A stretch of 64,000 nucleotides of DNA, taken from the IMG/VR virus record IMGVR_UViG_3300022848_000006. One strand, given 5' to 3'. The notes beneath the pieces are model-generated. The model did no database searches. It was given only the letters and a program-made list of their open reading frames with translations, and was not told where the DNA came from. Made by a program: the position numbers and the translations under genes. This DNA is from a virus. Below are positions 46,520 through 56,858 of the stretch, piece after piece. Within the stretch, counting starts at the first letter, position 1. Every line of letters begins with the position of its first letter.

Positions 46520-47860
46520 TTATACAAGTGCCAAACCGTCTTCAAGTGTATGAAACTCACCATCAAGCTGTGCTTGATAGCATCGATCAAGAATATCCTT
46601 GAACTTAGGTCCAGGCTCCATTTCCATAGCAACCAAGTGTCTACCCTTAACGATAGGATCAGGCTTACCAGTCATTAGGTCTAAACCCTCTGACAGTTCT
46701 TGGATCTTAGCAGCCGTAGCAGGAACGCCCTTAGGCAAAGGATGTCGACCACTGTGATCGGCCTCTATCAACCTAACAAGCATAGCGATGTTCGATGGTG
46801 CAACACGCACAGCCAATCGTCGCACAAGCCTGTTGTTAGGCTCAACTCCGATATGAGACATGTGCTCCACAACCAAAGGAACAACCTTCTTGACTACAGA
46901 CTCGCCGAAGCCCATTCTTGCAAGCAAGCTTCTCGTAAGGTCAGCACCCTCTTCTGCATGGCCAGGAGATCTCCATCTCTCATCACGCATGACCGTAGTA
47001 TTAGCTTTACCTAAGTCGTGGCACAATGCCGCTAGCATCAATACCAAACGATCATCGTCGTTAAGCTTATCACGTACTGCAATATCTCTAGCTGCATCGC
47101 AGACTAGGGAGGTATGGGTGAGACAGTCGCCCTCGGGATGCCATTCAGCGTCTTGTGGTAAGCCAACGAGTGCATGAAGCTCTGGAAACAGTTCTATCCA
47201 CTTAGTATCACGCAAGAAGTACAGTCCAGCACTAGGCTTGACAGACTTCAACGCCCACTTCAACACTTCTCCGTAGATACGCTCAGTAGAGATAGTATGA
47301 GCTTCTGACAACAAACTCTTACACATCAGAGAGGTACTAGGATCGACAGTAAGGTTAAACCTAGAAGCAAATTGAAACCCTCTAAGAGTTCTAAGAGGAT
47401 CTTGGGCAAATTTGTCACTAGTCGCCCTCAGAACTCTATTTTTAAGATCCTCAACTCCACCAAACGGATCAAACAAGTTTCCATCACAATCTTTAGAGAT
47501 ACTATTGATAGTAAAATCTCTACGACTCGCAGCTTCTGTTATGGTCATATTGTGATCCACCTCTACTGTAAAGCCTTGGTGACCATCGGCCACCTTACTG
47601 TCACGTCTCGGTAAAGTAAAGTCGAAGTCGTCATCTGGAGTAGTCAATTTGATTACACCAAACGACACTCCAACGCAATCGACCTTACCAAAAGGTTTAA
47701 GGACAGTGATAAGCTCGTCAGCGGACAGGCCGTACACTTCAACGTCAATGTCTTTGCTGTTTTTAATACCCAGGATTTCATCCCTCACACAGCCACCAAC
47801 GAACAAAGGGCGACCACCAACCCTAGTAACCGCGTCTAATATCTCTTGCATGTGCGTCAT
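46520..47860 (-). CDS. cca: CCA-adding tRNA nucleotidyltransferase with HD domain
   Basis: VGGCVRD, DIDVEV, RRDFTIN, DPLRTLR, ERIYGE, HPEGD, ALCHDLGK. Confidence 0.92.
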   Translation of the reverse strand: MTHMQEILDAVTRVGGRPLFVGGCVRDEILGIKNSKDIDVEVYGLSADELITVLKPFGKVDCVGVSFGVIKLTTPDDDFDFTLPRRDSKVADGHQGFTVEVDHNMTITEAASRRDFTINSISKDCDGNLFDPFGGVEDLKNRVLRATSDKFAQDPLRTLRGFQFASRFNLTVDPSTSLMCKSLLSEAHTISTERIYGEVLKWALKSVKPSAGLYFLRDTKWIELFPELHALVGLPQDAEWHPEGDCLTHTSLVCDAARDIAVRDKLNDDDRLVLMLAALCHDLGKANTTVMRDERWRSPGHAEEGADLTRSLLARMGFGESVVKKVVPLVVEHMSHIGVEPNNRLVRRLAVRVAPSNIAMLVRLIEADHSGRHPLPKGVPATAAKIQELSEGLDLMTGKPDPIVKGRHLVAMEMEPGPKFKDILDRCYQAQLDGEFHTLEDGLALV

Positions 47861-47947
47861 TGTATCTACCTTTCTTGATTTTGATTAGAACGAGCCACAT
47901 AAAGAAGTGGACCAATACACATAACACCGCAGGCCATAAGATTGGCA

Positions 47948-48367
47948 TCAATACCCCTCCGCTAACTCACAACACACCCAAAAAGACGTGTGGTTACGAA
48001 TGGAAGAAGACTCAGGCATACCAAACCAAACCTCACCAGCAATACGCATGATCTTGTCTGCTTCGTATTGCCTATATCCAACAACTGGATCTTCTGTAAC
48101 TTCTTTCTTAATTTGCTTACGCACTATAACACAAGCCTCTTCCTCCGCTTTGGCGGTGATGTTTCCATTGTGCCGATGGTTACTGTAATAAGGATGAAAT
48201 TCCCTAATGGCTGCAATCATAACGTCTTCGTTACTGCGTGCAACTTCTAGGTACTTGTCAACACAATCTTGTTCGTTCATTTTACTTCTCGTAGTTTTGA
48301 TTTCTGAGGACGAACCTAGTGAAAACGCACAGGCCCTTAACAAACAAGCCAGCTTTTCCGCTCTCAA
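47948..48367 (-). CDS. Hypothetical protein (likely start MNEQD)
   Basis: Promoter at 48444-48471. Confidence 0.45.
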   Translation of the reverse strand: MRAEKLACLLRACAFSLGSSSEIKTTRSKMNEQDCVDKYLEVARSNEDVMIAAIREFHPYYSNHRHNGNITAKAEEEACVIVRKQIKKEVTEDPVVGYRQYEADKIMRIAGEVWFGMPESSSIRNHTSFWVCCELAEGY

Positions 48368-48753
48368 TGATTGTGGTCAAGCACCTTATCCCGATTCGTC
48401 TGTGTCCGTCTGCGATCCGGTCTTTTTCCTTTGTCATGCCTAGATTATACTCGCGATGCTCGACATGTCAAGGCTAAAGTTTTAGATTTTGTCTTAAAAC
48501 CAGCTTTTATTTTGCTCTTCAAGAATGATCTCTTTTGAAAGGTATAGCCCCCTAGAGACACCATCAAGGAAGGCGGCTTCGATAGCCTCTTCTTTTGTCT
48601 TGTCTTTGTCTAGTAGGATCTTCAACTCTTTGACTCTAACCTTTAGCTCTTCTGTTGCTCTATTACTACTCATGCTTGTCTAATCCTTTCTTTTAATTGC
48701 GTGGTGGATGTGATCTCAGCTACGTCTGGCACCAACACCAAACTGATTCTCAT

Positions 48754-49227
48754 TTAATCTTCCAACTCTTTTTCGATAGCTTCTAGCTCCATCTTTGCCC
48801 GAAGTTCAGGACTGATGATCTTATCTAGTCTTTCTTCAAGCTTGGCAAGGTTTCTCTTGTCCTTGTCGATGTTGATCTTGTTGACACGAGTCTTGATATC
48901 GCTCATCCAATCGTTAGGAGAGTAGTCACACACTACGCAGTCTTCTTTGACTCCTAGCTCTTCAATTACCTCTTTCCAGCTGGTCTCTCTAGCACGTACT
49001 GCACTAGCGATAGAGACAAGCTCAGAGACGGTCTGTAGCGTCCTGATGTTGATCTTGTCTCCGCCCAGGGTAAAGACACAATTGGTCTTCCAAGATGGAT
49101 TCTCGACCTTTTGAATCTGAGACTTCTTCTCTTTGACTTTTTCAATAAGAAGCAGAACGGTTTGGTCTTGTGCTGGTTTGGTCATGATTTCCCTAAGGCT
49201 GATAGTAGTGCTTCTTCCCAACAACAC
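48754..49227 (-). CDS. Conserved phage coiled-coil hypothetical
   Basis: WKTNC...WMSDIKTRV...LDKIISPELR. Confidence 0.6.
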   Translation of the reverse strand: MLLGRSTTISLREIMTKPAQDQTVLLLIEKVKEKKSQIQKVENPSWKTNCVFTLGGDKINIRTLQTVSELVSIASAVRARETSWKEVIEELGVKEDCVVCDYSPNDWMSDIKTRVNKINIDKDKRNLAKLEERLDKIISPELRAKMELEAIEKELED

Positions 49228-49514
49228 CCGCCGTTGTAGTATTGTAGAGTATATGTATAAGATCCGTCTTCTTGCATTTCTGCGTCAAAAATACCAGAGT
49301 CAAGATCTTCTATTGCTTTGTTGTCTGCAACCCAAACTGTGTCATCAATCACAAGAGCCTTTTTATAATACTCTTCGTTGAACCATTCTTCTACCGATCT
49401 CCAAGACAGGTCGTCTGAGTCTGGTTGCTTGTCCTGAGGCAAAGTAAGAATAAAGGCAGAAACAGTGAGGCCAGTGTCTCTTAGTGTGCCATGGTGGTGT
49501 TCTGTTCTACTCAC
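49182..49514 (-). CDS. Hypothetical protein
   Basis: QYYNGGCCWEE. Confidence 0.5.
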   Translation of the reverse strand: MSRTEHHHGTLRDTGLTVSAFILTLPQDKQPDSDDLSWRSVEEWFNEEYYKKALVIDDTVWVADNKAIEDLDSGIFDAEMQEDGSYTYTLQYYNGGCCWEEALLSALGKS

Positions 49515-50001
49515 CTTTCACCTCGTCTTGGTGTGCAAGTTCCATTCGATGGCGAATAACGTCAGAGTATTTAGAAGCAGCATCGTCAAAGTCCTCAAGG
49601 GCCTCCTTTAGCTCTTTCGAAGTCTTTCCGTCCCTACATGCGTCCATAGCACACTCAATAGCAAAGTTCGCAACCGTCATTGTGTCAAATTGTTCCATCT
49701 TTTTCTCCTTCTCGAAGTGCTCATTTAACTGGTCATCCCAGTCTTTATTTCTTTTATCTAGCTCATCCGCAATTACCCTTAGATTCCAAGAGGACAAAGC
49801 ACCACCTCCGCTTGACCCATAGTAATAAAATCCATCTTCAAGTGGAAAAATATCACCAGCCTCGTCAACTCTTTGTATTATCTTCTGTGCTTCCTGATTC
49901 ATTTTTACAACTTTATAACGAGGAAACTTCGTAGCTAAATGATAGCAACCATAGAATGGTAACCAAACCAAACCAAGAGAAACCCCAAGGACTAACAGCA
50001 A
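49507..50001 (-). CDS. Hypothetical protein(s)
   Basis: Coding-strand ORF. Confidence 0.45.
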   Translation of the reverse strand: MLLVLGVSLGLVWLPFYGCYHLATKFPRYKVVKMNQEAQKIIQRVDEAGDIFPLEDGFYYYGSSGGGALSSWNLRVIADELDKRNKDWDDQLNEHFEKEKKMEQFDTMTVANFAIECAMDACRDGKTSKELKEALEDFDDAASKYSDVIRHRMELAHQDEVKGE

Positions 50002-50141
50002 AGGCTACCCCAAAGAAACAGCGAGAGAGTTACAAATAATATCTGTTTGCTTATCTTTAATGATGATATTTTCTGGCTCATAAATATACATCAGGACTGT
50101 AAAACAAACCAAAACGCTAACAATCCAGATAACAAAGTAAG

Positions 50142-50450
50142 TCATACTAATCCCTTTTTCATTTGAACGAACATAGAGCCATAACGCTCTTTGAAGTCTT
50201 TCTTCCGTTGTGTGATACCAGTGTCAATCTCATGCAGGTCCAAGTGAATACTATCCTCGATAGTGTCAAACTCTCCGTGCATAGACTTAGAAAAGCTAAT
50301 TAGCTCTTGAAATGAGTATTCAATTTGAGTCTCAACTTCTGCCACCTCATATCCCAGCGAGTTAGGGCCGATCCACTCAATCATCATGCCAAGTCTCTTT
50401 ACTAGGGCATTGACATAACGCTTGTTGCCTTTGGCTATTGTAAACTTCAT
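50142..50450 (-). CDS. Hypothetical protein
   Basis: Coupled ORF. Confidence 0.45.
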   Translation of the reverse strand: MKFTIAKGNKRYVNALVKRLGMMIEWIGPNSLGYEVAEVETQIEYSFQELISFSKSMHGEFDTIEDSIHLDLHEIDTGITQRKKDFKERYGSMFVQMKKGLV

Positions 50451-50935
50451 ACTTTCTTATTCTCCAATCTAGCCTTACACTTTAGACAACGGTAACTGCT
50501 AGAACGCTTACGATAGCTGCCTCCACCAACCCACAAACAGCGAGGGCACTCTAGCATCCATTTGTAAGGGGCTCGCAGGTCCAGTGGCACGTTTGTGCAA
50601 GTTTCTGGTCTAGCACCCATCTGTTTCGCTGCACGCTTCCAGACCTGACCGTGGCCATTTCCAGGACCGACAAGAGCGTGGGCTACCTCGTGGCGGATTG
50701 TGTTCTCAGCATAGTGAGGGCATCGGTCAAGTACCCAGCTTGAAAGCTGAATTGTCTTCTTACGATAGCTACACATGCCTAAACGACGATTAGATCTGTT
50801 GTTAACCTCAAAACGCCATACGTTTAGGTTCTGCTCTTTTAAGAGACGGTCCGCCAACTGATACGCATCAACGTATGTAATAATCTGACTCACACTATTC
50901 CTTTGTTCTTTTGTTTTCATGTTGTCACTATACAC
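50447..50935 (-). CDS. SprT-like zinc metalloprotease
   Basis: RLGMC, IQLS, HEVAH, HGQVWK, CxxC. Confidence 0.85.
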   Translation of the reverse strand: MYSDNMKTKEQRNSVSQIITYVDAYQLADRLLKEQNLNVWRFEVNNRSNRRLGMCSYRKKTIQLSSWVLDRCPHYAENTIRHEVAHALVGPGNGHGQVWKRAAKQMGARPETCTNVPLDLRAPYKWMLECPRCLWVGGGSYRKRSSSYRCLKCKARLENKKV

Positions 50936-51036
50936 AGAGACTTAGAAATGTCAAGAGGCAAAATAAAAGAAAATTAAGATAAAACCTGATTTTGAGTGAT
51001 TATTATACACTAAAATGATCGTAGCAGTCTCCAAAT

Positions 51037-52035
51037 TTATTTAGGAGCATGAATGACGGGCAAACCATTGCCACAAGAAGGTCTGGCTTTATTTGGATTC
51101 TCTGTAAACCACTCTTGGACGTAATGAAGCTGGCCACATCCACCCCCGATATCATCTTGTCCAGCGGGGTCAAATACTCGCACATTATAACCCTTGGCTA
51201 ACATTTTGCCACTAAAGTCTACAGCTAAATCTCTTTGTCCATCACTTCTAGACGGAAGGCCCTCGTTACGCTCACAGATCACGCTAATCGTGCATTCCCA
51301 CACGTCGGGAGTGAACAGGACAGCAAGACGATCAGCATCTTCGTGAGTGCTATTATCCTCACCAGCACAGTAGTTAAAGAACGGCTTACGACCAGTGGCA
51401 TTGTACCACTTAGTTCCAAGCTCTGCAATCTCTTCAAGAGTCAACTTGGACTTGAATGGAATCAGTTTGTCACGATCTTCGTCTGTACTCTTGTGGACAG
51501 AGAACTGTAGTCCCACGTTCTCAAGGTCTATCGAAGCCTTGAAAAATTGATCCCAGTTAACGTCTGGTCCAATCGTACTCAATAGCAACTTGGCCGTTGG
51601 GTACATATTGTTCAGAATATAGAGGGCACTCACCATGTTCTTTTGGTTAAGCATAGGCTCGCCCATACTCATGAACATAATCTGCAATCGGTCCATTTCT
51701 TTAGATTCGACGCCGGTCTCATCCATACAGTGGACAACCTGTGCTACAATCTCATCCGCACTCAAACTACGGACAAAGTAATCCCCAGCACCACAGAAAC
51801 GACAACCAACAGGACAACCTGACTGACTAGAGCAGCAGATGACTGTGCGATCCTCGTAAGTAGGGTACTTATAGAGAACAGCCTCAGCTACGGCGTTGTC
51901 TTTCTTAAAGACATACTTAGCGACATTGCCCTCTGCACTGTCAATACGTTTAGTTTCATTCCACATCTTGTTTCTCTCTAATTGTAATGTCATAAATATA
52001 TCTACCGACATGAAACGGCAACAAAACCGGCTCAT
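51037..52035 (-). CDS. rlmN: RlmN/Cfr-family radical SAM RNA methyltransferase
   Basis: CCSSQSGCPVGCRFC, FMSMGEP, LSTIG, FSVH, DIGGGCGQL. Confidence 0.82.
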   Translation of the reverse strand: MSRFCCRFMSVDIFMTLQLERNKMWNETKRIDSAEGNVAKYVFKKDNAVAEAVLYKYPTYEDRTVICCSSQSGCPVGCRFCGAGDYFVRSLSADEIVAQVVHCMDETGVESKEMDRLQIMFMSMGEPMLNQKNMVSALYILNNMYPTAKLLLSTIGPDVNWDQFFKASIDLENVGLQFSVHKSTDEDRDKLIPFKSKLTLEEIAELGTKWYNATGRKPFFNYCAGEDNSTHEDADRLAVLFTPDVWECTISVICERNEGLPSRSDGQRDLAVDFSGKMLAKGYNVRVFDPAGQDDIGGGCGQLHYVQEWFTENPNKARPSCGNGLPVIHAPK

Positions 52036-52153
52036 TGATGAGTCATGCTTTCATTATACAGAATACAGACAGATAGTCAACCCTAAATCCTAAAAATACC
52101 CAGAAACGCCCAGGAAGCCCCTGCGGCGGCGTGTTGATTGTTTGGGTAGTACC

Positions 52154-52564
52154 CTAAAGCAACGCATCTGAAATGTTAGAAGACTGAGTCTTGAACAGAT
52201 CGTATAGCATACACTCAGCGATTGTCTCAGATACAGCCTTAACCGCCTTCTGTGCGATCTCAGATACCTTGTCGGAAGTCCCGTGTGACAACTGGTCTCG
52301 GTAGACATCAACCCTACCATTCGCCTTCCTACCCTTGATCTCCATTGAGTAGTAGAATGTCACACACATTTTGTATGAATCTTCAACGACTGCCCACTTG
52401 AAATCAATGTCAAGACGATCAAAGCCTGACATAAGGATAGAATTAAGAGCCTTGTCTTTCATCTCTCCGTACAGTCTGATAGAATCATCAGTTGGTGCCC
52501 GATGTTCTGTGATGGTGACCTCTTGCTTGCCACCGCCGACGTATGTGTTTGTTGTGTTAAACAT
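52154..52564 (-). CDS. Hypothetical protein
   Basis: ITEHRAPTDDSIRL. Confidence 0.5.
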   Translation of the reverse strand: MFNTTNTYVGGGKQEVTITEHRAPTDDSIRLYGEMKDKALNSILMSGFDRLDIDFKWAVVEDSYKMCVTFYYSMEIKGRKANGRVDVYRDQLSHGTSDKVSEIAQKAVKAVSETIAECMLYDLFKTQSSNISDALL

Positions 52565-52932
52565 TAGTAGCAGACAAAGTTAAAGAAAGCAGAAATACCC
52601 CACATCAAAACAGTAAGAAAGGTAACGACAAAAGAGTTAACAGTAGCTACTGTCTTTTTGTCGTTTTCTTTTGAGTTAGCAGATACAGCGACAATGGCTG
52701 GCGTCACAGCCACACTAAGGGCAAACAAACTACCCCAATACATCTTGAATGTCAAGAAGTCCTCTTTGAGATAGAAGATATCCCAAGTAGAGCCCATGTC
52801 AGTAACAACATGATAAGCTAAAAATAGATTACCAATAGACCAAAAGAAGGCCACGATAAAATCAATCACTCTTTCCATCTTCTTTTTCCCTTTTCCAGTA
52901 GAACATACCATTGAGCCACTTCTTACGCTCAT
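52564..52932 (-). CDS. Membrane protein
   Basis: Three TM segments. Confidence 0.5.
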   Translation of the reverse strand: MSVRSGSMVCSTGKGKKKMERVIDFIVAFFWSIGNLFLAYHVVTDMGSTWDIFYLKEDFLTFKMYWGSLFALSVAVTPAIVAVSANSKENDKKTVATVNSFVVTFLTVLMWGISAFFNFVCY

Positions 52933-53125
52933 TACAGTCGCACTCGGACAGTCCGAACCAACTCTTAAACCTATCTTGAGTGATGCCCATAGAACTAAGG
53001 ACGCTCTCTACAACATCACCCACACCAACCTTGTCGTAGTCATCGTTGTGCTTCAAGCCTTCGCCCTCTAGCTTTTCAATGACCTTATCAAGATCTTTTC
53101 TTATTTGCTTTTGCTCTTTGCCCAT
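52862..53125 (-). CDS. Conserved phage hypothetical
   Basis: GVGDVVE...MGIT...CDCNERKKWLN. Confidence 0.55.
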   Translation of the reverse strand: MGKEQKQIRKDLDKVIEKLEGEGLKHNDDYDKVGVGDVVESVLSSMGITQDRFKSWFGLSECDCNERKKWLNGMFYWKREKEDGKSD

Positions 53126-53128
53126 GAT

Positions 53129-53410
53129 CTAATACAACTCTCTAGGGAGAATGTGATAGTAAGGATCTGGCAAGGTCTCTTCTTCTATTCGGATCTTCAT
53201 GTCCATGAACTTTTGTAGTGCCACTACATTCTCACCCCTAACACCAATCAACAGTCCAGGCCTGTATAGTCTAACGGTATAGCTCTTACCGCTTACACTA
53301 GTGGAGGTTATACGAAGAGAATTAAGGGCAGCAAGAGCACCACCACGATTGCCCTCGCTCCTCTTTAAGTAGAACTGTCCAAGGCACTGATCTGCTTGCT
53401 CTTTGTTCAT
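53129..53410 (-). CDS. Type II KH-domain protein resembling ribosomal protein S3 KH
   Basis: LYRPGLLIGVRGENVVALQK. Confidence 0.65.
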   Translation of the reverse strand: MNKEQADQCLGQFYLKRSEGNRGGALAALNSLRITSTSVSGKSYTVRLYRPGLLIGVRGENVVALQKFMDMKIRIEEETLPDPYYHILPRELY

Positions 53411-53752
53411 TCTTTTCTCTTGTTTATTAAGCGTGAAACATTATACTCAACCATCCTGGCTGTGAAAATGATACCTAGCGATGCGACCAGTGATGCCGTA
53501 CCTCCCGTCATATACATAGACGACAAAAGAATCGTAAGTAGGATCGCCCACACAAACAACATTCTTTTTTCTTTTATCCAATTCATACTTTCGTCTCACT
53601 AGGTCTATAAGGAATCAAGATTGAGCCAATCAAGAGACCCGCAAAGTAGCCAAATATGTCCCCAAGGTCAGATTCACTAAAGCCTCTAAATAATGAGCAA
53701 CTAAAAACCGCAATCAATACAAAGAAACAACACAAAAAAATGTGATTAAACA

Positions 53753-53992
53753 TTACGCTACCAACTGAGGTTCAAGGAATCGGTTAAGGCTAAGGAATCG
53801 AAGCACTTCGCTTGGTGCAACACCATCTTCATGTTCAACTTGGTATAGAATACCCGAACCAAAGACGCCATCAGATTGAGAAGCCAACTCGACTTGACTA
53901 CCACCATCGACAAACAGGTGAACGACACGCTCATTGTTCAGGTATAGAACTACAGTATGAGTAAACTGATTGGTCTCTGAAATTTTCTTCAT
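53753..53992 (-). CDS. Hypothetical protein
   Basis: Coding-strand ORF. Confidence 0.4.
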   Translation of the reverse strand: MKKISETNQFTHTVVLYLNNERVVHLFVDGGSQVELASQSDGVFGSGILYQVEHEDGVAPSEVLRFLSLNRFLEPQLVA

Positions 53993-54006
53993 TGTTTTTC
54001 TTGTTG

Positions 54007-54420
54007 TTAGAAGTCGCAGTCGGAAGTGTCTGGTCCAATCTCTTCATTAAGCAGATCTCTGTATCCTTCAATCAAGTTGATAGGAATGATAGTGCCACAC
54101 GAATCGCATAGTCTCACTGCTTGTGCATCCTGTTCAGGCGAGAAGCCAGCATCTCTCCTACTGACCAAGGCTTGAGCTAGATCTTCTGTGTCTACTAGTA
54201 TCTTGCTTCCATCCATCAATTGTAGGTTAGCAGTAACATTAACAAGGGTTCTTGCTAATAGCCCGGTCTCTTTGTTGCTACGCCAACTCTTGAAGCCTCC
54301 GACAAAGGCCATCTTCGCCGTTGTCCTGATGACCTTGTATTGAGTAGTGTCAGCACAGTTGCCGCCACAATGGATGACGGTGTCACCCACACTGATTGGT
54401 TGTCCAATTGAATCGATCAT
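54007..54420 (-). CDS. Hypothetical protein with KOW-like N-terminus
   Basis: DSIGQPISVGDTV. Confidence 0.5.
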   Translation of the reverse strand: MIDSIGQPISVGDTVIHCGGNCADTTQYKVIRTTAKMAFVGGFKSWRSNKETGLLARTLVNVTANLQLMDGSKILVDTEDLAQALVSRRDAGFSPEQDAQAVRLCDSCGTIIPINLIEGYRDLLNEEIGPDTSDCDF

Positions 54421-54746
54421 AGTTCCACAATGTCAAAGTCGGAAGATTTGTGAGAACGACCATTCGCATACCAACTACGATCATAGTTATTACCGTAGAA
54501 TCCGTGTGAGGTACCCCAATCTTCGTTGGCTTCACGATACATAGCCTTGACGTAGTCGCCGTTACGCATCTTTACCAACACTTCGCCCCTGCCTTCTTGT
54601 CCGTTGCCCGCATGTAGACAACGACGCTTTAACTCCTTGGTGAAGTCATTAAGGTCATTCTGCGATGGCGGGAACATGGCTTGGTTTGTCATACTACTCT
54701 TCATGATTAAAAGTCCAGATTGATGTTGTGTGTTGTATGTCCCCAT
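54417..54746 (-). CDS. Hypothetical protein (start probably internal)
   Basis: Promoter at 54745-54772. Confidence 0.4.
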   Translation of the reverse strand: MGTYNTQHQSGLLIMKSSMTNQAMFPPSQNDLNDFTKELKRRCLHAGNGQEGRGEVLVKMRNGDYVKAMYREANEDWGTSHGFYGNNYDRSWYANGRSHKSSDFDIVEL

Positions 54747-55022
54747 TATATCACGAACTTGCTTCGTGTCAACCCTCTCCGATCATATTTCCGAGAATTT
54801 CTCTGAGATAAAGTCGGCCACGGTGCGTCACTTTGAAGTTGCCCCTCTTGCTCACCTTGACTAAAGCATGATGAAGAAGAATTCCCTGAACAGTAGAGCC
54901 ATTGTGTCAACCGCAAACAACCTTTAATAAACCATGCCTAACAACCTCTACTGGTGTTATTGATCCGAAGTCAGCACCAAGCTCAGCTTGATAATTGATA
55001 ATATCTGTCTCTCTTATGTGTA

Positions 55023-55337
55023 TCATACGCACACCACCACCTTGTCGGAGACATAGTCTGGGTGACTCTTGTCAAAGAGCTTTGGAAACTGTTCCTTATG
55101 CTTGGCGTCATACCAACCAGCCATCCAGGTCATACGTTTTTCGCCCTCTTCTGCTGGTGCGTTGTGCATACCGCAAGACTTGTATGGTGAATCATCAACA
55201 CAAACCCCATCAGAGAAAGCCTCTGTGCCCTCTAGGTATTGTGCTTTATTTCTAATCTTCTGTGTAACTTTGGGTAGTGACATATTGTCTCCTAAAAAGG
55301 TATATGTGAATAGTCTGTTCTTTTGTTTATTGGCCAT
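55023..55337 (-). CDS. Hypothetical protein with RMF-like WxxGW motif (likely start MSLP)
   Basis: EGTEAF...SPY...WMAGWYDA. Confidence 0.5.
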   Translation of the reverse strand: MANKQKNRLFTYTFLGDNMSLPKVTQKIRNKAQYLEGTEAFSDGVCVDDSPYKSCGMHNAPAEEGEKRMTWMAGWYDAKHKEQFPKLFDKSHPDYVSDKVVVCV

Positions 55338-55516
55338 TCAAAGCTTCTATGAATGCGTAGTTGTGGAGGTATTTCATCTTCGTCTGGAGGATCGCCATAG
55401 ATATGACTAGCATCAAGGCCAGCACGAGGGCCGTCAAGCAGGTCTGCTAGCTCTCGCAGCTTGTCGGCAGTCAGAGCAGAGTTGTCGCTTAAATGAAGGT
55501 TGACATACTCCCCGGC

Positions 55517-56749
55517 CTAAAGGCACGAGGATTCTCCGACTAGGCGACTCTCATCGCTGTACGGATGGCTTGACGTTTCATCGCAGGTCGCACCCAAGGG
55601 TGTCTTACATCCACTCCACGTCCATTTTGAGTCGTGGGCGTATCCCGCCCCGACTTGGTCGATATTCTCAGCAGCGTTCTCATCTCGATCATGGACGTGC
55701 CCGCAACTGATGCACTTCACTGTCCTGATGCTTAGGTCGAGTTTACCCCATCTGTATCCGCACTTTGAGCAGACTTGTGATGTCGGCTCGAAGCGATTGA
55801 TGATGACGACTTCTCTATCCGCGTACATCTTTCCCTTTGATTCCAGCATCACGCGAAACTGATACCATCCCTGCTCGCCAATTGCTCGTGAAAGGCATCG
55901 GTTCTTCATCATTCCAGACACGTTCAGATTCTCCAAGCTACACGTTTGGTTATCGCGTATTAGCTCGGTGCTCAATTTGTGATGGAAGTCTTTTCGGATC
56001 GACGCGATGCGAGAGTGCAACTTGGCGATGCGTATCTTCGTGCGATTACGCCTACTTGACCCTTTCCTTTGCTTGGACAACCTACGTTGAAGTCGCTTGA
56101 CTTTACTGGTGAGTTTCTTGCATGAAGGCGCAGATCGCTCACCTCTGCCACCGCTCAGGAAGGCGAAAACCTTGATACCTAGATCGATTCCGACAGACTC
56201 TAGCTTCGGCGGGCAGACGATCTGCTCCACTTCGACGACAAAACTGACGAAGTATCGACCAGAGGAATCCTTCACTATCGTTGCTGATGATGGATCTGAT
56301 GGAAGTTCCCTCGACCACTTCACTTTGATGTCGCCAATCTTCGCCAGTGTCAGTTTCCTGGTTGTTTGTATAGTGAAGCTTGTCCCTGTAAACCGGCATG
56401 ATTGATCAGACCGCCTTGACTTGAACCGTGGGAATCCAACGCGGCGGCCCTTTCGACCACCTTTTATCCACTTAGTGAACTTCGATAGACCCGCATCCAG
56501 GTCACGGAGCGACTGCTGCAACGCAACGGCACTCACACCAGAAAGCCAGGACCGCTCATCTGTTTTCTTTGCTAGCGTTGTGACTGCCTTGTCCCGTTCC
56601 TTCCTACTAACCCACTTCTCCCCCTTGGGCGTGTCGCGAATCATCCGAAGTGCGTCGTTCCAAACAACACGACAGCACCCGAACAACTGAGACAACTTGC
56701 GTTGCTGTTGGTCTGTTGGGTATATTCGGTACGAATAACGAGCTTTCAT
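55517..56749 (-). CDS. tnpB: TnpB RNA-guided endonuclease
   Basis: YRIYPT...FGCCRVVWN, GIDLG, LENLNV, TSQVCSKCG...CISCG, DRDENAA. Confidence 0.95.
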   Translation of the reverse strand: MKARYSYRIYPTDQQQRKLSQLFGCCRVVWNDALRMIRDTPKGEKWVSRKERDKAVTTLAKKTDERSWLSGVSAVALQQSLRDLDAGLSKFTKWIKGGRKGRRVGFPRFKSRRSDQSCRFTGTSFTIQTTRKLTLAKIGDIKVKWSRELPSDPSSATIVKDSSGRYFVSFVVEVEQIVCPPKLESVGIDLGIKVFAFLSGGRGERSAPSCKKLTSKVKRLQRRLSKQRKGSSRRNRTKIRIAKLHSRIASIRKDFHHKLSTELIRDNQTCSLENLNVSGMMKNRCLSRAIGEQGWYQFRVMLESKGKMYADREVVIINRFEPTSQVCSKCGYRWGKLDLSIRTVKCISCGHVHDRDENAAENIDQVGAGYAHDSKWTWSGCKTPLGATCDETSSHPYSDESRLVGESSCL

Positions 56750-56801
56750 GTCACTATCTTATGTTGGTCTGCGAGATGAGTCAAGGTAACTATCGACGAG
56801 A

Positions 56802-56858
56802 GGTGCTCCAATCAAAGTATTACGGGCTTACATTGATGCACAGAAAAAGCCGTCCTGA
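56802..56858 (+). pseudogene. tnpA: TnpA (Y1 transposase) C-terminal remnant
   Basis: GAPIKVLRAYIDAQKKPS*, divergent from tnpB. Confidence 0.7.
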
